From IMG/VR virus record IMGVR_UViG_3300009008_000217, positions 1-26,037 of that record: a stretch of DNA of 26,037 nucleotides. One strand, written 5' to 3'. Within the stretch, counting starts at the first letter, position 1; every line of letters begins with the position of its first letter. Of this stretch, positions 9,322-19,107 are shown in pieces. The notes beneath the pieces are model-generated. The model was not told the DNA's origin. It was given only the letters and a program-made list of their open reading frames with translations, and ran no database searches. Made by a program: the position numbers and the translations under genes. The DNA comes from a virus (lineage: Duplodnaviria; Caudoviricetes).

Positions 9322-10608
9322 TTAGGTTATGTTATGAACTTTATATCCTAACTTCATATATAAACCCACTCTAGCAGTTGCTTGGTTATTAGCTGTAGAA
9401 CCTTTCAAATTAATATCAATAACTTCAGGGTCTAGTTTATCTTCGTCTATTCGTATAACTCTACCTATTAACTGTGTTAGCATAGGCTCATTGTTAATAG
9501 GAGTTGCTAAAACTAAAGAAGATAAAGCATTTAAAGAAATGCCCTCAGAAAAAATACTAATACTTCCACATAGTATATCTTTATCTTCATAAATAGATTG
9601 CATAAGTTCATCTCTATTATCTGTCTTACCTGTGATAACTATTGCATTATCACCACAAATAGCAGCAACATTTTCTAGAAACTGAACTCTATCTGCTACA
9701 ACTAATACTTTATGCCCTTTTATAGCTTGAGTCTGTGCTATATCTGCTACCAAAGTTTGATAGTCAGTTCGTTTAACTAAGTCGTTAACTCGTACAGCCC
9801 AAGGTATATTACGGTTACTACTAAAAGGTATATCTGTTTTCATTCTGAAAATAGTTGGAGTTAAAGCATTTTCAACTGGGGGCTGAAAAAGTTTAAAACC
9901 AAAATAATCTCTTAGTACAACATGTCGGTTATCCTTCCTCTGTAGAGTACCAGATAATCCAATTTTATTAGTAGCCTTAATTTTGTTCAATACATCAGTA
10001 AATGTACTCGCAGGAGTATGATGACACTCATCTACAATTACAGTACCAAAACTTTCCATTATTTTAGCTACTTGTTTCCTTACGGTTTGGATATTTCCTA
10101 CGACTATAGGGCTGTCGGTTTCGAAACGACCAGATCCTATAATACCAGGTTTTATACCAAAACATTTTTCTATTTCTTCTTCCCATTGATCCCTCAACGC
10201 AACTGTGTGAACAATAACTAAAGTTTTCATACTAAGTTTCCCGGCAATAGCAAGACCTACAAAAGTCTTTCCGTAACTTACTGGGGCGTTTATTAAGCAT
10301 GAGCCCTCTACTTCGTCATAAATCGCCTGTTGTGATTCTCTTAGTTTATATTTAAACTTGGGAAATTCTACTATATCATTAACTCGTTTATCTACTAAAG
10401 AATAAGTATCAGGAATTAAATCAGTTCTACCACTAGGGATAGAGTATAGACCTTTTCTTATTTTTGTAGCGTTTCGTATAGTAAGCATTGGAGCATCAAG
10501 TGGGTTTACCCCTTTCTGCTCTATTTCATATGTTAGAGTTTTTATAAGTAATTCTTCTAAATCGTCATCCGTTTCTAGATAAATTCTATTACTAAGGACA
10601 GCTTTCAT
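9322..10608 (-). CDS. D10: SF2 DNA helicase (T5 D10 / UvsW-like)
   Basis: LRESQ, Walker A-like APVSYGKT, DECHH, GLSGT and QLIGRV.R. Start MKAVLSN at 10608 overlaps the upstream stop as ATGA. Confidence 0.92.
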   Translation of the reverse strand: MKAVLSNRIYLETDDDLEELLIKTLTYEIEQKGVNPLDAPMLTIRNATKIRKGLYSIPSGRTDLIPDTYSLVDKRVNDIVEFPKFKYKLRESQQAIYDEVEGSCLINAPVSYGKTFVGLAIAGKLSMKTLVIVHTVALRDQWEEEIEKCFGIKPGIIGSGRFETDSPIVVGNIQTVRKQVAKIMESFGTVIVDECHHTPASTFTDVLNKIKATNKIGLSGTLQRKDNRHVVLRDYFGFKLFQPPVENALTPTIFRMKTDIPFSSNRNIPWAVRVNDLVKRTDYQTLVADIAQTQAIKGHKVLVVADRVQFLENVAAICGDNAIVITGKTDNRDELMQSIYEDKDILCGSISIFSEGISLNALSSLVLATPINNEPMLTQLIGRVIRIDEDKLDPEVIDINLKGSTANNQATARVGLYMKLGYKVHNIT

Positions 10609-11111
10609 ACTCTTCTCCAACTATCTTTTTTCTTCGTTGTAGATACTTCATATAGTATATATCCACCTTGTAGTTTTAGAACTCCTGCATACTTAAAGTT
10701 TGGAGGAATTTCTTCGTGCATTAAAAAGGGAGTGTTTATTCCTTTTACGATAACTTTGGTACTACCAAATCCTGTAGGTATTAACCTAGCTATTTTATGA
10801 TATTTTAAAGTAGCTTTTTCTACTTTATGATACTTAAATATTTGTCCAGTATCATCAATATAGACTCGTGTTTTATTCTTACTAAATAGTAAATCTTTAA
10901 CACTAGATACACTCGTACGTAAAGGATATTTGTACTTCTTTATTCGAAGTCGGCGCTCACCAAGATTTTCGCCCTCCAAATTTCGGTCATCTAGGATATA
11001 CATTTTATAGATAGTATAAACCTTGACCACCCCATAAATATCCGTTAAACGGTCGTAACTTCTTAACGGATATATGGGGAATTTAATTTCAGGCAGCGTC
11101 TTTAGGATCAC
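10605..11111 (-). CDS. Conserved T5-like hypothetical protein between polymerase and D10
   Basis: FPIYPLR, ILDDRNL.G...ERRL and YIDDTG.IF.Y.K pattern; basic protein in the syntenic T5 position. Confidence 0.75.
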   Translation of the reverse strand: MILKTLPEIKFPIYPLRSYDRLTDIYGVVKVYTIYKMYILDDRNLEGENLGERRLRIKKYKYPLRTSVSSVKDLLFSKNKTRVYIDDTGQIFKYHKVEKATLKYHKIARLIPTGFGSTKVIVKGINTPFLMHEEIPPNFKYAGVLKLQGGYILYEVSTTKKKDSWRRV

Positions 11112-11460
11112 TAGTTTCTTCCACTAATTTATTGAGATACCACTGAGCCTTTTTTAAATCCTCTAAACCATTTTTATATTTGTAACGACTTACATACTTA
11201 ATAATGTTACCTTCAAGATAACTAAAATCTTGGTCTAAGATAAAGTCGATAACTTCTATTTCGCCTTGTTTATAATGATTAGGGTTAATTCTGTCTACTA
11301 CTTTCATTTTCTGCTCTCTTGTAATATCAATTAGTTTACCAAATTCATGATTTTCATCACTTTCTTCTCTACCACACCAATTGCAAGGTTGCCCTTTACC
11401 TATTAGCATAACATGCCTTTCTACTGGACAATCATGTTCCCACATATCTAGCTGCCCCAT
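11089..11460 (-). CDS. DUF3310 (SaV-like) domain protein with N-terminal Cys/His motif
   Basis: INPNHY..GEIE.ID, GNIIKYVSR..YKNGLEDLKKAQWYL is the DUF3310 pattern; N-terminal H-D-C...C-N-W-C. Confidence 0.8.
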   Translation of the reverse strand: MGQLDMWEHDCPVERHVMLIGKGQPCNWCGREESDENHEFGKLIDITREQKMKVVDRINPNHYKQGEIEVIDFILDQDFSYLEGNIIKYVSRYKYKNGLEDLKKAQWYLNKLVEETSDPKDAA

Positions 11461-13697
11461 ACTTTTTCCTCCTCTGTAAATGAATAATCATCCCCAATTT
11501 CTAGATCAATACCTACAGGAGCTCCTGGGATATTGCAACCTCTATCCATTTTAGTATAATACTCTAATTTCTCACAATATTCATTCATTTCATCATCTGG
11601 TACTTCCGCTAAGATAGAGTCATGTACCAAACCAAAAATCTTAGCCTTCATTCCTCTAGCCTCAATATAATTCTGCATATCAACCCCTGCTAGCAGATTA
11701 ATATCAGAAGCTACTGATTGAATTAAGAAATTAACTGCACTTCGTACTTCATGTCCTGCAATGCCTCTATCAGTAGAAATAACATTAGGAACTCTACGCT
11801 TTCTACCAAAAATACTATAAATGAACTGATTATCTTTAATTGTTTTCTTAGAAGTATCTAACCACTTCTTCAATTTATGAAAAGTCTCAAAATAATCCGT
11901 AATAGCGTCTTTAGCTTCTTCGAGAGATACTCCAGCAGTTTCAGCTACCTTCTCTGGTCCGGAACCATATAGAATACCAAACGAGATAGCTTTAGCAGCT
12001 TGACGTTTTTTCTTGAATTTAGTACTAACTTCCTCAACTTTACAAGGTAGCCCAAAGATACGATGCGCCATAGAGCTGTGGAAATCTCCTCCACTTATAA
12101 ATACATCTTGAAGTACTTTATCTCCAGATAATACAGCAGCTACATACATCTCTGCTGTTGCCAAATCCTGGGAAACAATCTTGTGTCCTGGTCTAGCTTT
12201 AATACAAGACTTAACAATTTTATTATCTCTAGGTAATTGCTGCATGTTAAGCTTACCGCTTGAACTCAGCCGCCCTGAAGTTGTAGAAGTTAGATTAAAC
12301 CCAGTTCTTAGTCTATTATCAGCATCAAGAGCTGGAATAATTTTATCCAAGTAAGTATTTTTAATTTTACTAGCCTTTCTAATACCTAAAATAGCTTCAG
12401 GCAATGGATGTTCTTTAGACAAAATTCCTAAGACTTCCGCATCTGTACTAATTGCTCCAGTCCCAGTTTTCTTACCAGGTACAGGTTTCAATCCTAGTAC
12501 ATCGAACAGAAGAACTCTTAATTGCATTGGCGAGTTAGGATTAAATACTTTTCCTTGCAACTCTTCAAAAGTATGTACTTCCGAAAAGCTATACAATTCT
12601 TGATGAAGCCTATTAATCTCTTCATCCATTTTTGTTTGTCCTTTAACCAATCGTTCTGTATCAAAAGGTACTCCATTATCTTCTACTTGTTTAAGGAATC
12701 TCATCCCAGGAACTAATAAAGTTTCATAAACTTTCTTAAGATTAGGGCTTTTATAAATAATTGGCTTAAACTTTCGGTATAGTTCAATAGTTGCAGCTGT
12801 ATCCATAGCAGCATATTCAGATAGTACATCGAAAGGAATTAAATCGTATGTAAAATCTGCTTGTTTTATTTTATGAGTTTTACAGTAGTCAGTTCTAAAA
12901 TCTACTAGAGCTTTATCATAATCCCCTAATCGTTCACAATACTTCATTGCTAAAGGTTTCAGACCATGAGTACCTGGAGTTTCATCCAAGTCATAGTGCA
13001 TTAGCATAGTATCATCAATCTTAGGAAATTTAAAGTTAAAGTGATACTCTAGCATATGTAAATCGAACTTAGCATTATGCATCACAATGTTAAACTTCAT
13101 AAAGATTTTTTGAAGTAATGCTTCCAACTCTTCATCAATAATATCAGTTGAAATATATACTCCTTGATTAGGTTTATAAGATAATGAAATTCCTAAAACA
13201 TAACCATCTCTTGGATATAGCCCTGTAGTTTCCGTATCCACTGCAATAGTATCAGTCAAATCTGTACTTAGACTCAATAACATTTCGCAATGTTTCTTAG
13301 CTACATCTACATCCTCAATACCTTCATAATCTCCTACTCCCATCTCTTGAATATCACCTTTAATATACTGATGTATCTTTTTTACAGCTTGTTCAAAAGC
13401 AGGCTTACCTTCTGGCTTAAACGCCAACATAGCAGGATTGATAATAGGCATAAACTTATCATCCACTAAGTGTCCCTGATACTGAGTAACAGAAGAAATC
13501 TTAGCATAATTTTTAGCGGCTTCTGAGCCAACTAAGATTACATAGTCATAGTTATCTAAATCAACTTCTAAAGTAATATCTTTCTTTAAAAGTTTCTTTA
13601 CTTTTACATCAGACATATGTAAGTTTTCAAACTCAAACTCAAAGTATTTTTCATACTTTAAATTTGAGGGAGCTTTATCAATTATCGCTACTGTCAT
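11448..13697 (-). CDS. pol: Family A DNA polymerase with 3'-5' exonuclease (T5-type)
   Basis: ExoI DTETTG, ExoII HNAKFD, ExoIII YAAMD; TTSGRLSSS, motif A DLATAE, motif B RQAAKAISFGILYG, motif C VHDS. Confidence 0.96.
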   Translation of the reverse strand: MTVAIIDKAPSNLKYEKYFEFEFENLHMSDVKVKKLLKKDITLEVDLDNYDYVILVGSEAAKNYAKISSVTQYQGHLVDDKFMPIINPAMLAFKPEGKPAFEQAVKKIHQYIKGDIQEMGVGDYEGIEDVDVAKKHCEMLLSLSTDLTDTIAVDTETTGLYPRDGYVLGISLSYKPNQGVYISTDIIDEELEALLQKIFMKFNIVMHNAKFDLHMLEYHFNFKFPKIDDTMLMHYDLDETPGTHGLKPLAMKYCERLGDYDKALVDFRTDYCKTHKIKQADFTYDLIPFDVLSEYAAMDTAATIELYRKFKPIIYKSPNLKKVYETLLVPGMRFLKQVEDNGVPFDTERLVKGQTKMDEEINRLHQELYSFSEVHTFEELQGKVFNPNSPMQLRVLLFDVLGLKPVPGKKTGTGAISTDAEVLGILSKEHPLPEAILGIRKASKIKNTYLDKIIPALDADNRLRTGFNLTSTTSGRLSSSGKLNMQQLPRDNKIVKSCIKARPGHKIVSQDLATAEMYVAAVLSGDKVLQDVFISGGDFHSSMAHRIFGLPCKVEEVSTKFKKKRQAAKAISFGILYGSGPEKVAETAGVSLEEAKDAITDYFETFHKLKKWLDTSKKTIKDNQFIYSIFGRKRRVPNVISTDRGIAGHEVRSAVNFLIQSVASDINLLAGVDMQNYIEARGMKAKIFGLVHDSILAEVPDDEMNEYCEKLEYYTKMDRGCNIPGAPVGIDLEIGDDYSFTEEEKVWGS

Positions 13698-14520
13698 AAA
13701 CTAATTCCTTTAATGCTTGTACATCATCCTTACCTAAGTCTCCTGGATCTACTCCATCAGGTAGTTTGATTATTTCTGTAATATATTGTTCTTGTATTTC
13801 TTTTTCTAACTTATTTGCAGCAATCTGCCCTGCAGAATCGCCATCAAATAGTATATAAATTTTTGATAAACCTTGTAATTTATATGGAGCTAGTTTTTCT
13901 TCCCATTGTTTAATTAAAGTTTGTGTGCCAAATACACATACTGCGTTTTCCAACCCTTTATCGTGTAGATTCAGCATATCAAATATACCCTCTACTAAAA
14001 TAATGGAACCTCTAATCATCTTAGGAGCTGCAGGATGTAAAGGAGGAGATGTCTTAGGTGGAGTAATCATATACTTAGGGTTAACATTACTATGCATATG
14101 TCTTCCAATAAATACTATAATATCTCCTAAAATATCTCTTACAGGGAATACTATCCTATTCTCGTAATCTTTATGTGTAAATGCTTCAAACTTAGTTAAA
14201 GTATCTAAACTAATATCTCTGAAATCGTCCCTAAACGGAATAGCCCCTAAAGGCATATCCATAGCTTTAGCTAGTAATTTAGAGATTTTCTTCTTTATTT
14301 GCTGTACTCGTATTTCCTTAAAATCAGAAGCAATATTAAAATACTTAAAAATACTTCCTTTAAACCCACAACTAAAACAATGATATGCTCCAGTAATTTT
14401 ATCAATTCTCATTGAAGGGTTACTATCATCATGCTCTGGGTTAAGACATTTAATTACTAAGTCGCCCCCTTGCGAAGAATACTGAACCCCTTTCTCTTTT
14501 AGTACTTCTTCTGGTATCAT
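13678..14520 (-). CDS. dnaG: DNA primase (zinc-binding + TOPRIM)
   Basis: CLNPEHDD.NPS...HCFSCG zinc domain; VEGIFD, FDGD.AG and DPGD TOPRIM motifs. Confidence 0.93.
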   Translation of the reverse strand: MIPEEVLKEKGVQYSSQGGDLVIKCLNPEHDDSNPSMRIDKITGAYHCFSCGFKGSIFKYFNIASDFKEIRVQQIKKKISKLLAKAMDMPLGAIPFRDDFRDISLDTLTKFEAFTHKDYENRIVFPVRDILGDIIVFIGRHMHSNVNPKYMITPPKTSPPLHPAAPKMIRGSIILVEGIFDMLNLHDKGLENAVCVFGTQTLIKQWEEKLAPYKLQGLSKIYILFDGDSAGQIAANKLEKEIQEQYITEIIKLPDGVDPGDLGKDDVQALKELVYDSSDN

Positions 14521-15897
14521 TTAAAACTCCAAGTCATCTGACATTTTCTTAAGTTCTTTTACTTTAGGTTCTTTCTTCGTTACTTTCTTTTTAGCTTTTG
14601 GGTCTTTATCTTCGTAAGGTACATCAACTGGAGAAATCTTTAATGAGTTCCAATTAATTGTACTAGAGAAGTTCATAGGGGTTCCGTTTCTCATCTTAGT
14701 AGTTTCGAAACTAAACACTCCTGTGTCATGATCCTGTGGTTTAAGGATAAATGCTCTATCTGCAGCATCAAGAATACCTTTAGAATATCTTGCCTCTCCA
14801 GTAGCATCAATCTGATATGGGGCAACTACACAAACGTTGTGTTTCCTTGCCAAGTTCTTTAACTCTTTACTTAGCGTTAGCTGTGTTTGCCAGTTGTACA
14901 TATCTTCTGCTACAATCTGATTAACATAATCCACCACTACTAATTTTAGTTTATCTCCAAACTGTGCTTTAAAATTCTGCAAGTGGAGATCAATACTAGG
15001 GATAGTAAGCCCTTGGTCATCAATAATAACCATTTGGTTATCTGGTTTTAGTATCTTAGTACGATTTAGTTCTTTTTCAAACTTAGTATAATCTTTATGT
15101 ACTAAATATTCTTCTAATAGGTCTTGCCCATCTACGAACATATCTGCTCGTTTTTGAGCCAATACCATAACTTCATTATCTGAACTAAGACCTCTAGTCA
15201 GATTGGTATTATTCACATCTGCTAGAATACTCATAGTTCTAGTGAATACTTCTTGTGCTCTCATTTCAATACTAAAGTAAATTGATGAATTACCCATTAA
15301 GTATTGATTTACCATCAGGTTTGTACTTATTACTGACTTACCTGATCCTCGATAACCTCCAAATAGCACTAATTCTTGCGAGGCTGTTCCACCGAGTGTG
15401 GCATCGTATTTATTATTTAGTCCCATAGGGAACAATGTTTCTGATTCATCTATATCAAATAATTGAACATCTGACATAGTTGCAATTTTCTCACTTGTAT
15501 GCGTCTTTTCATCCAAGTGTAGTAATATATGCGCAATTTCGTCTTTGACTTCTTGCACATCCATCATAGTAATTCTGTCTACAAATTTATCTATTTGTAG
15601 TAACGCCTCATTCTGAGTAAACTCATTAATCAATGCCTCCATAGCTAGATCAATGTCTACATCAGGGGTTTCTAGGGATTCTAATGCTTTGAGTGCTCGT
15701 TTGAGCGGGCCGTCCCTAGTGATAAGGAGCAGGTCTTCAAAGTTAGGTATCGCTTGATGTTTAATATAATACTTGTTAATAGCACTATATATTGAGGCGT
15801 GCGAAGAGCTGAAAAAAGCTAGTTTAAGCCTTGTCCACGCTCCTAAACTTCTTTCGTTAAGAAGTTTATGTAATACGACACTTCCAATATCAGCCAT
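14521..15897 (-). CDS. dnaB: Replicative DnaB-like (SF4) helicase
   Basis: Walker A GGYRGSGKS, FSIEM, VVVDYVNQ, APYQ and KMRNG; directly upstream of primase as in T5. Confidence 0.92.
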   Translation of the reverse strand: MADIGSVVLHKLLNERSLGAWTRLKLAFFSSSHASIYSAINKYYIKHQAIPNFEDLLLITRDGPLKRALKALESLETPDVDIDLAMEALINEFTQNEALLQIDKFVDRITMMDVQEVKDEIAHILLHLDEKTHTSEKIATMSDVQLFDIDESETLFPMGLNNKYDATLGGTASQELVLFGGYRGSGKSVISTNLMVNQYLMGNSSIYFSIEMRAQEVFTRTMSILADVNNTNLTRGLSSDNEVMVLAQKRADMFVDGQDLLEEYLVHKDYTKFEKELNRTKILKPDNQMVIIDDQGLTIPSIDLHLQNFKAQFGDKLKLVVVDYVNQIVAEDMYNWQTQLTLSKELKNLARKHNVCVVAPYQIDATGEARYSKGILDAADRAFILKPQDHDTGVFSFETTKMRNGTPMNFSSTINWNSLKISPVDVPYEDKDPKAKKKVTKKEPKVKELKKMSDDLEF

Positions 15898-15906
15898 AAC
15901 ATGATC

Positions 15907-16206
15907 TTACCTTAATTTTGCCTCATTATCAATAATAACGCGGTTTAGTTCAATTTCTAATTTATCAAGAATTTCTTCTCTTAGTTGGTTCAAGTGTTGT
16001 TTGTACAGCGGCCCCGAATCGTGAAACAGCTGAATTTGTTCAAATGTAACTAACCCTTGAATTCCGAAATATATGTGTGATAAGGGATCCTCATGTGTAG
16101 GACTTATCTTAACTGTAGTGCCTGGGCCAAAATAGTCTATATTATGGGTAGCAACCTCATCGGGTACTAGACTATCTGTATCTTCATATTCCACAATAAC
16201 TTTCAT
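15907..16206 (-). CDS. Hypothetical protein
   Basis: 99 aa ORF with strong GGAGG RBS; fills the gap between the D5 terminator and the helicase. Confidence 0.7.
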   Translation of the reverse strand: MKVIVEYEDTDSLVPDEVATHNIDYFGPGTTVKISPTHEDPLSHIYFGIQGLVTFEQIQLFHDSGPLYKQHLNQLREEILDKLEIELNRVIIDNEAKLR

Positions 16207-16220
16207 ACATCCTCCAGACG

Positions 16221-16252
16221 AAAAAAAGGGTAGGCAGTTGCCTACCTACCCT
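16221..16252 (-). terminator. Intrinsic terminator after D5
   Basis: Minus strand AGGGTAGGTAG-GCAA-CTGCCTACCCT followed by T6. Confidence 0.9.
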
Positions 16253-16279
16253 CCAAGCTAATAATTAAGCTATCAACTA

Positions 16280-17023
16280 CTACGCAGTAGCAGCTTCGCG
16301 CTTAGCAGCAGCTTGAGCCGCCTTCTTAGCTCCATCATAGTTAGAGCAAAGAAGACCACGGTGTGTCAACATTGTTTTAACGCCACGAACGGTCTTTCCG
16401 ATAGCATCAGCAATGTCTTCAACGGTCATATTGGTGATATCACCAAGAGCTTCTAAAGCGTCGGTCTTCGCTTTAGCGTGTGACTCACGCTGCTTAGGCA
16501 TAGAAATGCCGTGAGTACGAGAAAGACTAAGAGCCTTTCCACGGATAGAGTTGATGCTCTTACCAAGTGCATCTGCAATATCCTCAACGAAAGCACCGTC
16601 CCCGATCATCTCAAGTACAGTTGCTTCCTCTTCCTCTGAGTAAGTACGAGCAGCAGCTTCTCGTACAGTTGGTTTAACCTTGCCAGTTAGTTCCATAGAC
16701 AATAGCTTGCCTTGAATTGACTTAGGGCTAAACTCGCCATCTAATACCATCGCAGCGATTTCAGCATAAGTGTAACGACCAGAGTTGTCATTTACAAAAT
16801 CTGCTAACTCAGCTTCCTGAGCTTCGGTATAAGTGCGCTTGTTAGCTGTTGCAGCTAACTCTACTTCGTAGCCCATCTTGCGTAGCTTTGAAGAAACACT
16901 GCGAGCAGTAGTTTCCAAAGATTCAGCAGCTGATGCTACAGTAGCCTGTGATACTGGTGACTCGTCGCCAACCAGTGATGTAAGAGTTTCAGTTCTTTCG
17001 TCTGTCCACTTAGGGATTGCCAT
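16280..17023 (-). CDS. D5: T5 D5-like DNA-binding protein / transcription regulator
   Basis: Repeated HTH-like units (TARSVSSKLRKMGY, SPKSIQGKLLSME, SINSIRGKALS, TVRGVKTML) and YDGAKK; follows ligB as in T5. Confidence 0.9.
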   Translation of the reverse strand: MAIPKWTDERTETLTSLVGDESPVSQATVASAAESLETTARSVSSKLRKMGYEVELAATANKRTYTEAQEAELADFVNDNSGRYTYAEIAAMVLDGEFSPKSIQGKLLSMELTGKVKPTVREAAARTYSEEEEATVLEMIGDGAFVEDIADALGKSINSIRGKALSLSRTHGISMPKQRESHAKAKTDALEALGDITNMTVEDIADAIGKTVRGVKTMLTHRGLLCSNYDGAKKAAQAAAKREAATA

Positions 17024-17024
17024 A

Positions 17025-17795
17025 TTAATTATCTCCTATAAGATTTTTGATTGTATCAATTTTAATGTTTAATTTTTCGGCTTTTGTGCGTTTACTAGAT
17101 TGTTTTCCTTCTTCGTCTATCAGAATATCTATGTTCTTGCTAACGCCAGATACAATAGTATATCCTTTAGACTCCAAATATTTGCCCGCTTCAGTTCTGT
17201 TCTTAAAGTCTTTTAGCTTTCCTGTTATACAAACCTTAAGCCCATTACTTACTGTTGGGCTACTTTTTGTTTCAGAAGATTTAAAGCTTAAAGGCAGTTC
17301 ATTCAAACCTTTGCCGAAATACTCTTCAGAAATCCAAGTCAAAACAGAATCAATAGTTTTCTGCCCTAACCCAGCTTCCTTACCTTTTTCATTATCGAAT
17401 TGCTCGATATGTTTAACTACTGAGGCAATTTTCTTACCAGCAGTAGATCCTACTAAATTAATTGAGAAGCTATGTAGTAGTGTTCCTAATTCAGCACGCT
17501 TGCTGATTTGAATATTAGAATAAATCTTTAATCCATTTTTTCCTAACACTGACTCCAAATCATGCTCAGTTAATTCGTATAGTTCTTTAACTGTTGTGAT
17601 ACCAAGTTTGTTTATGCTTGCGGGACCAAGACCTTTAATCTTTAATACCTTAGCAAAATGCTCTAATTTCTTAGAGGACTGAGCCTCACAATCAGTATTT
17701 TTACAAAATAATTGGTCTTTTACTCTTACCAATAACCCACCACAAGATGGGCAGTTAGTAGGGGAAACAATTTTTTTATAAATTTCTTTTTTCAT
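17025..17795 (-). CDS. ligB: NAD-dependent DNA ligase, C-terminal subunit (Zn finger, HhH, BRCT)
   Basis: CPSCG...FCKNTDC zinc finger, IKGLGP HhH, VCITGKL...SSKRTKA BRCT. Start 17795 chosen because the listed 17837 start coincides with the -35 hexamer. Confidence 0.9.
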   Translation of the reverse strand: MKKEIYKKIVSPTNCPSCGGLLVRVKDQLFCKNTDCEAQSSKKLEHFAKVLKIKGLGPASINKLGITTVKELYELTEHDLESVLGKNGLKIYSNIQISKRAELGTLLHSFSINLVGSTAGKKIASVVKHIEQFDNEKGKEAGLGQKTIDSVLTWISEEYFGKGLNELPLSFKSSETKSSPTVSNGLKVCITGKLKDFKNRTEAGKYLESKGYTIVSGVSKNIDILIDEEGKQSSKRTKAEKLNIKIDTIKNLIGDN

Positions 17796-17808
17796 TTTAT
17801 ATATGTAT

Positions 17809-17837
17809 ATTATACTTAATTTTAACCATTTTGTCAA
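17809..17837 (-). promoter_or_regulatory. Sigma70 consensus promoter P2 (between ligase subunits)
   Basis: TTGACA (17837-17832), 17 nt spacer, TATAAT (17814-17809), preceded by AAAAATAATTC. Confidence 0.9.
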
Positions 17838-17855
17838 GAATTATTTTTACCGAGG

Positions 17856-18815
17856 TTATAAAATTCTTTTCAAGACTCGCGGTATGATACCACCAGCTCT
17901 TTCGACTGCTACAGTACAGCCAATTTCTAACCCCAAATCTTCGATATACTTAATATTGTTAAGTGTAGCTTGAGAAATGTTAGCCCCATCAATTTCGATA
18001 GGGTCAAGAATAGCTACAGGAGTAACTTTTCCACTCTTACCTGTTTGCCAAACTACATCTAATAATTTAGTTGGTATACCTTCAGTTCTAGTTTTTAGAG
18101 CATAAGCTCCACGAGGGTGTTTAGCAGTATGACCTAATTCATTAAAGTCTTTATTACTATCTACCCTAAAAACACGACCATCATTAGGAAATATATCCCA
18201 AGCAGAATCCAAGACAGTATTGAAGCCGAACTTCCTAAGATACTCCATATCTTGTCTATAACTGTCCGATTTGTAAGATTGTTCATTTTGCATACCATAA
18301 GCGATAAAAGTAATATCCCTACTATTAAACTCTACTTGATCTTTCAAGTTTAATGCTCCTGCTGCATAATTTCTAGCATTAGGAATTTCTTTAGGGGCTA
18401 CTACTTCGCCCGTAATTTGCAGAATATCTTCAGCATTAAATCTAATATTTCTAGGTACAACATTACTGTTCAAAAATTTACTAGTAATATCTAACCCCTC
18501 AATACCGTCTCCTCTAGTAAGAACTCTGTGCAACTTACCGTTAAGGTAAGACACAGCGATTGCTGCTCCATCTAATTTAGTTGTTTCAACAATCTCTTTA
18601 GAGTAACTCTCTAAGGGATCTTTTCCTTCACCAACATAATATTTTTGAAGGGAGAATAGTCTATACGGGTGTTTAACTCTTTCCTCTACTGGAGCACCAA
18701 CTTCATCAAAGTTAGCGGCTTCAGCTAAAAGGTCGAATTCTTCATCTGACATAATAGGATTACCTTCATAGTAAGCCTTACTAGCTGTTCGCAGTTTAGT
18801 CAAGATGTCCGTCAT
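17856..18815 (-). CDS. ligA: NAD-dependent DNA ligase, adenylation + OB subunit
   Basis: YY.G.P.MSD.EFD domain Ia, KLDG catalytic Lys, TRGDG.EG, ARNYAAG, GKSGKVTPVA and RAGGIIP. Confidence 0.95.
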   Translation of the reverse strand: MTDILTKLRTASKAYYEGNPIMSDEEFDLLAEAANFDEVGAPVEERVKHPYRLFSLQKYYVGEGKDPLESYSKEIVETTKLDGAAIAVSYLNGKLHRVLTRGDGIEGLDITSKFLNSNVVPRNIRFNAEDILQITGEVVAPKEIPNARNYAAGALNLKDQVEFNSRDITFIAYGMQNEQSYKSDSYRQDMEYLRKFGFNTVLDSAWDIFPNDGRVFRVDSNKDFNELGHTAKHPRGAYALKTRTEGIPTKLLDVVWQTGKSGKVTPVAILDPIEIDGANISQATLNNIKYIEDLGLEIGCTVAVERAGGIIPRVLKRIL

Positions 18816-19104
18816 TTACTATTTCCTCCAATTCTTTCTTTAGTTCTTTCGCAAATTTAAACTTTACTTCTGTTTCGGATAGTAAATCTACTAGAGCATC
18901 GAATAGTTCTGCTACTGTACCGATTGTTAACGGTATACAAGCACCTTCTTTTGTGGGAAGATACCCTTCATCAAAACTAAGATAATACTTACGGATATGT
19001 AAGTACATCTGCTCTCTAAATTCACTAACGGTTAGCCTATATTGTTGTCCTTTTGCTTCATTTTCATATATTATACGATTATAAATATCGTTGTTTTGTT
19101 CCAT
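18796..19104 (-). CDS. PC4/Sub1-family ssDNA-binding protein (T5-like)
   Basis: RLTVSEFR..MYLHIRKYY...PTKEG.C.P is the PC4 pattern; sits upstream of ligA as in T5. Confidence 0.85.
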   Translation of the reverse strand: MEQNNDIYNRIIYENEAKGQQYRLTVSEFREQMYLHIRKYYLSFDEGYLPTKEGACIPLTIGTVAELFDALVDLLSETEVKFKFAKELKKELEEIVNDGHLD

Positions 19105-19107
19105 TTC

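Noticed and set aside
9298-9330. TAACC...GGTTA inverted repeat around the -35 of P1
   Set aside because: Spacing differs at P2 and P3 and the upstream half is missing at P4, so a fixed dyad operator is not supported.
1926-15897. Inteins, introns or homing endonucleases in nrdA, pol or helicase
   Set aside because: The ORFs are continuous and of ordinary length, with no intein splice motifs or HNH/LAGLIDADG/GIY-YIG ORFs seen.
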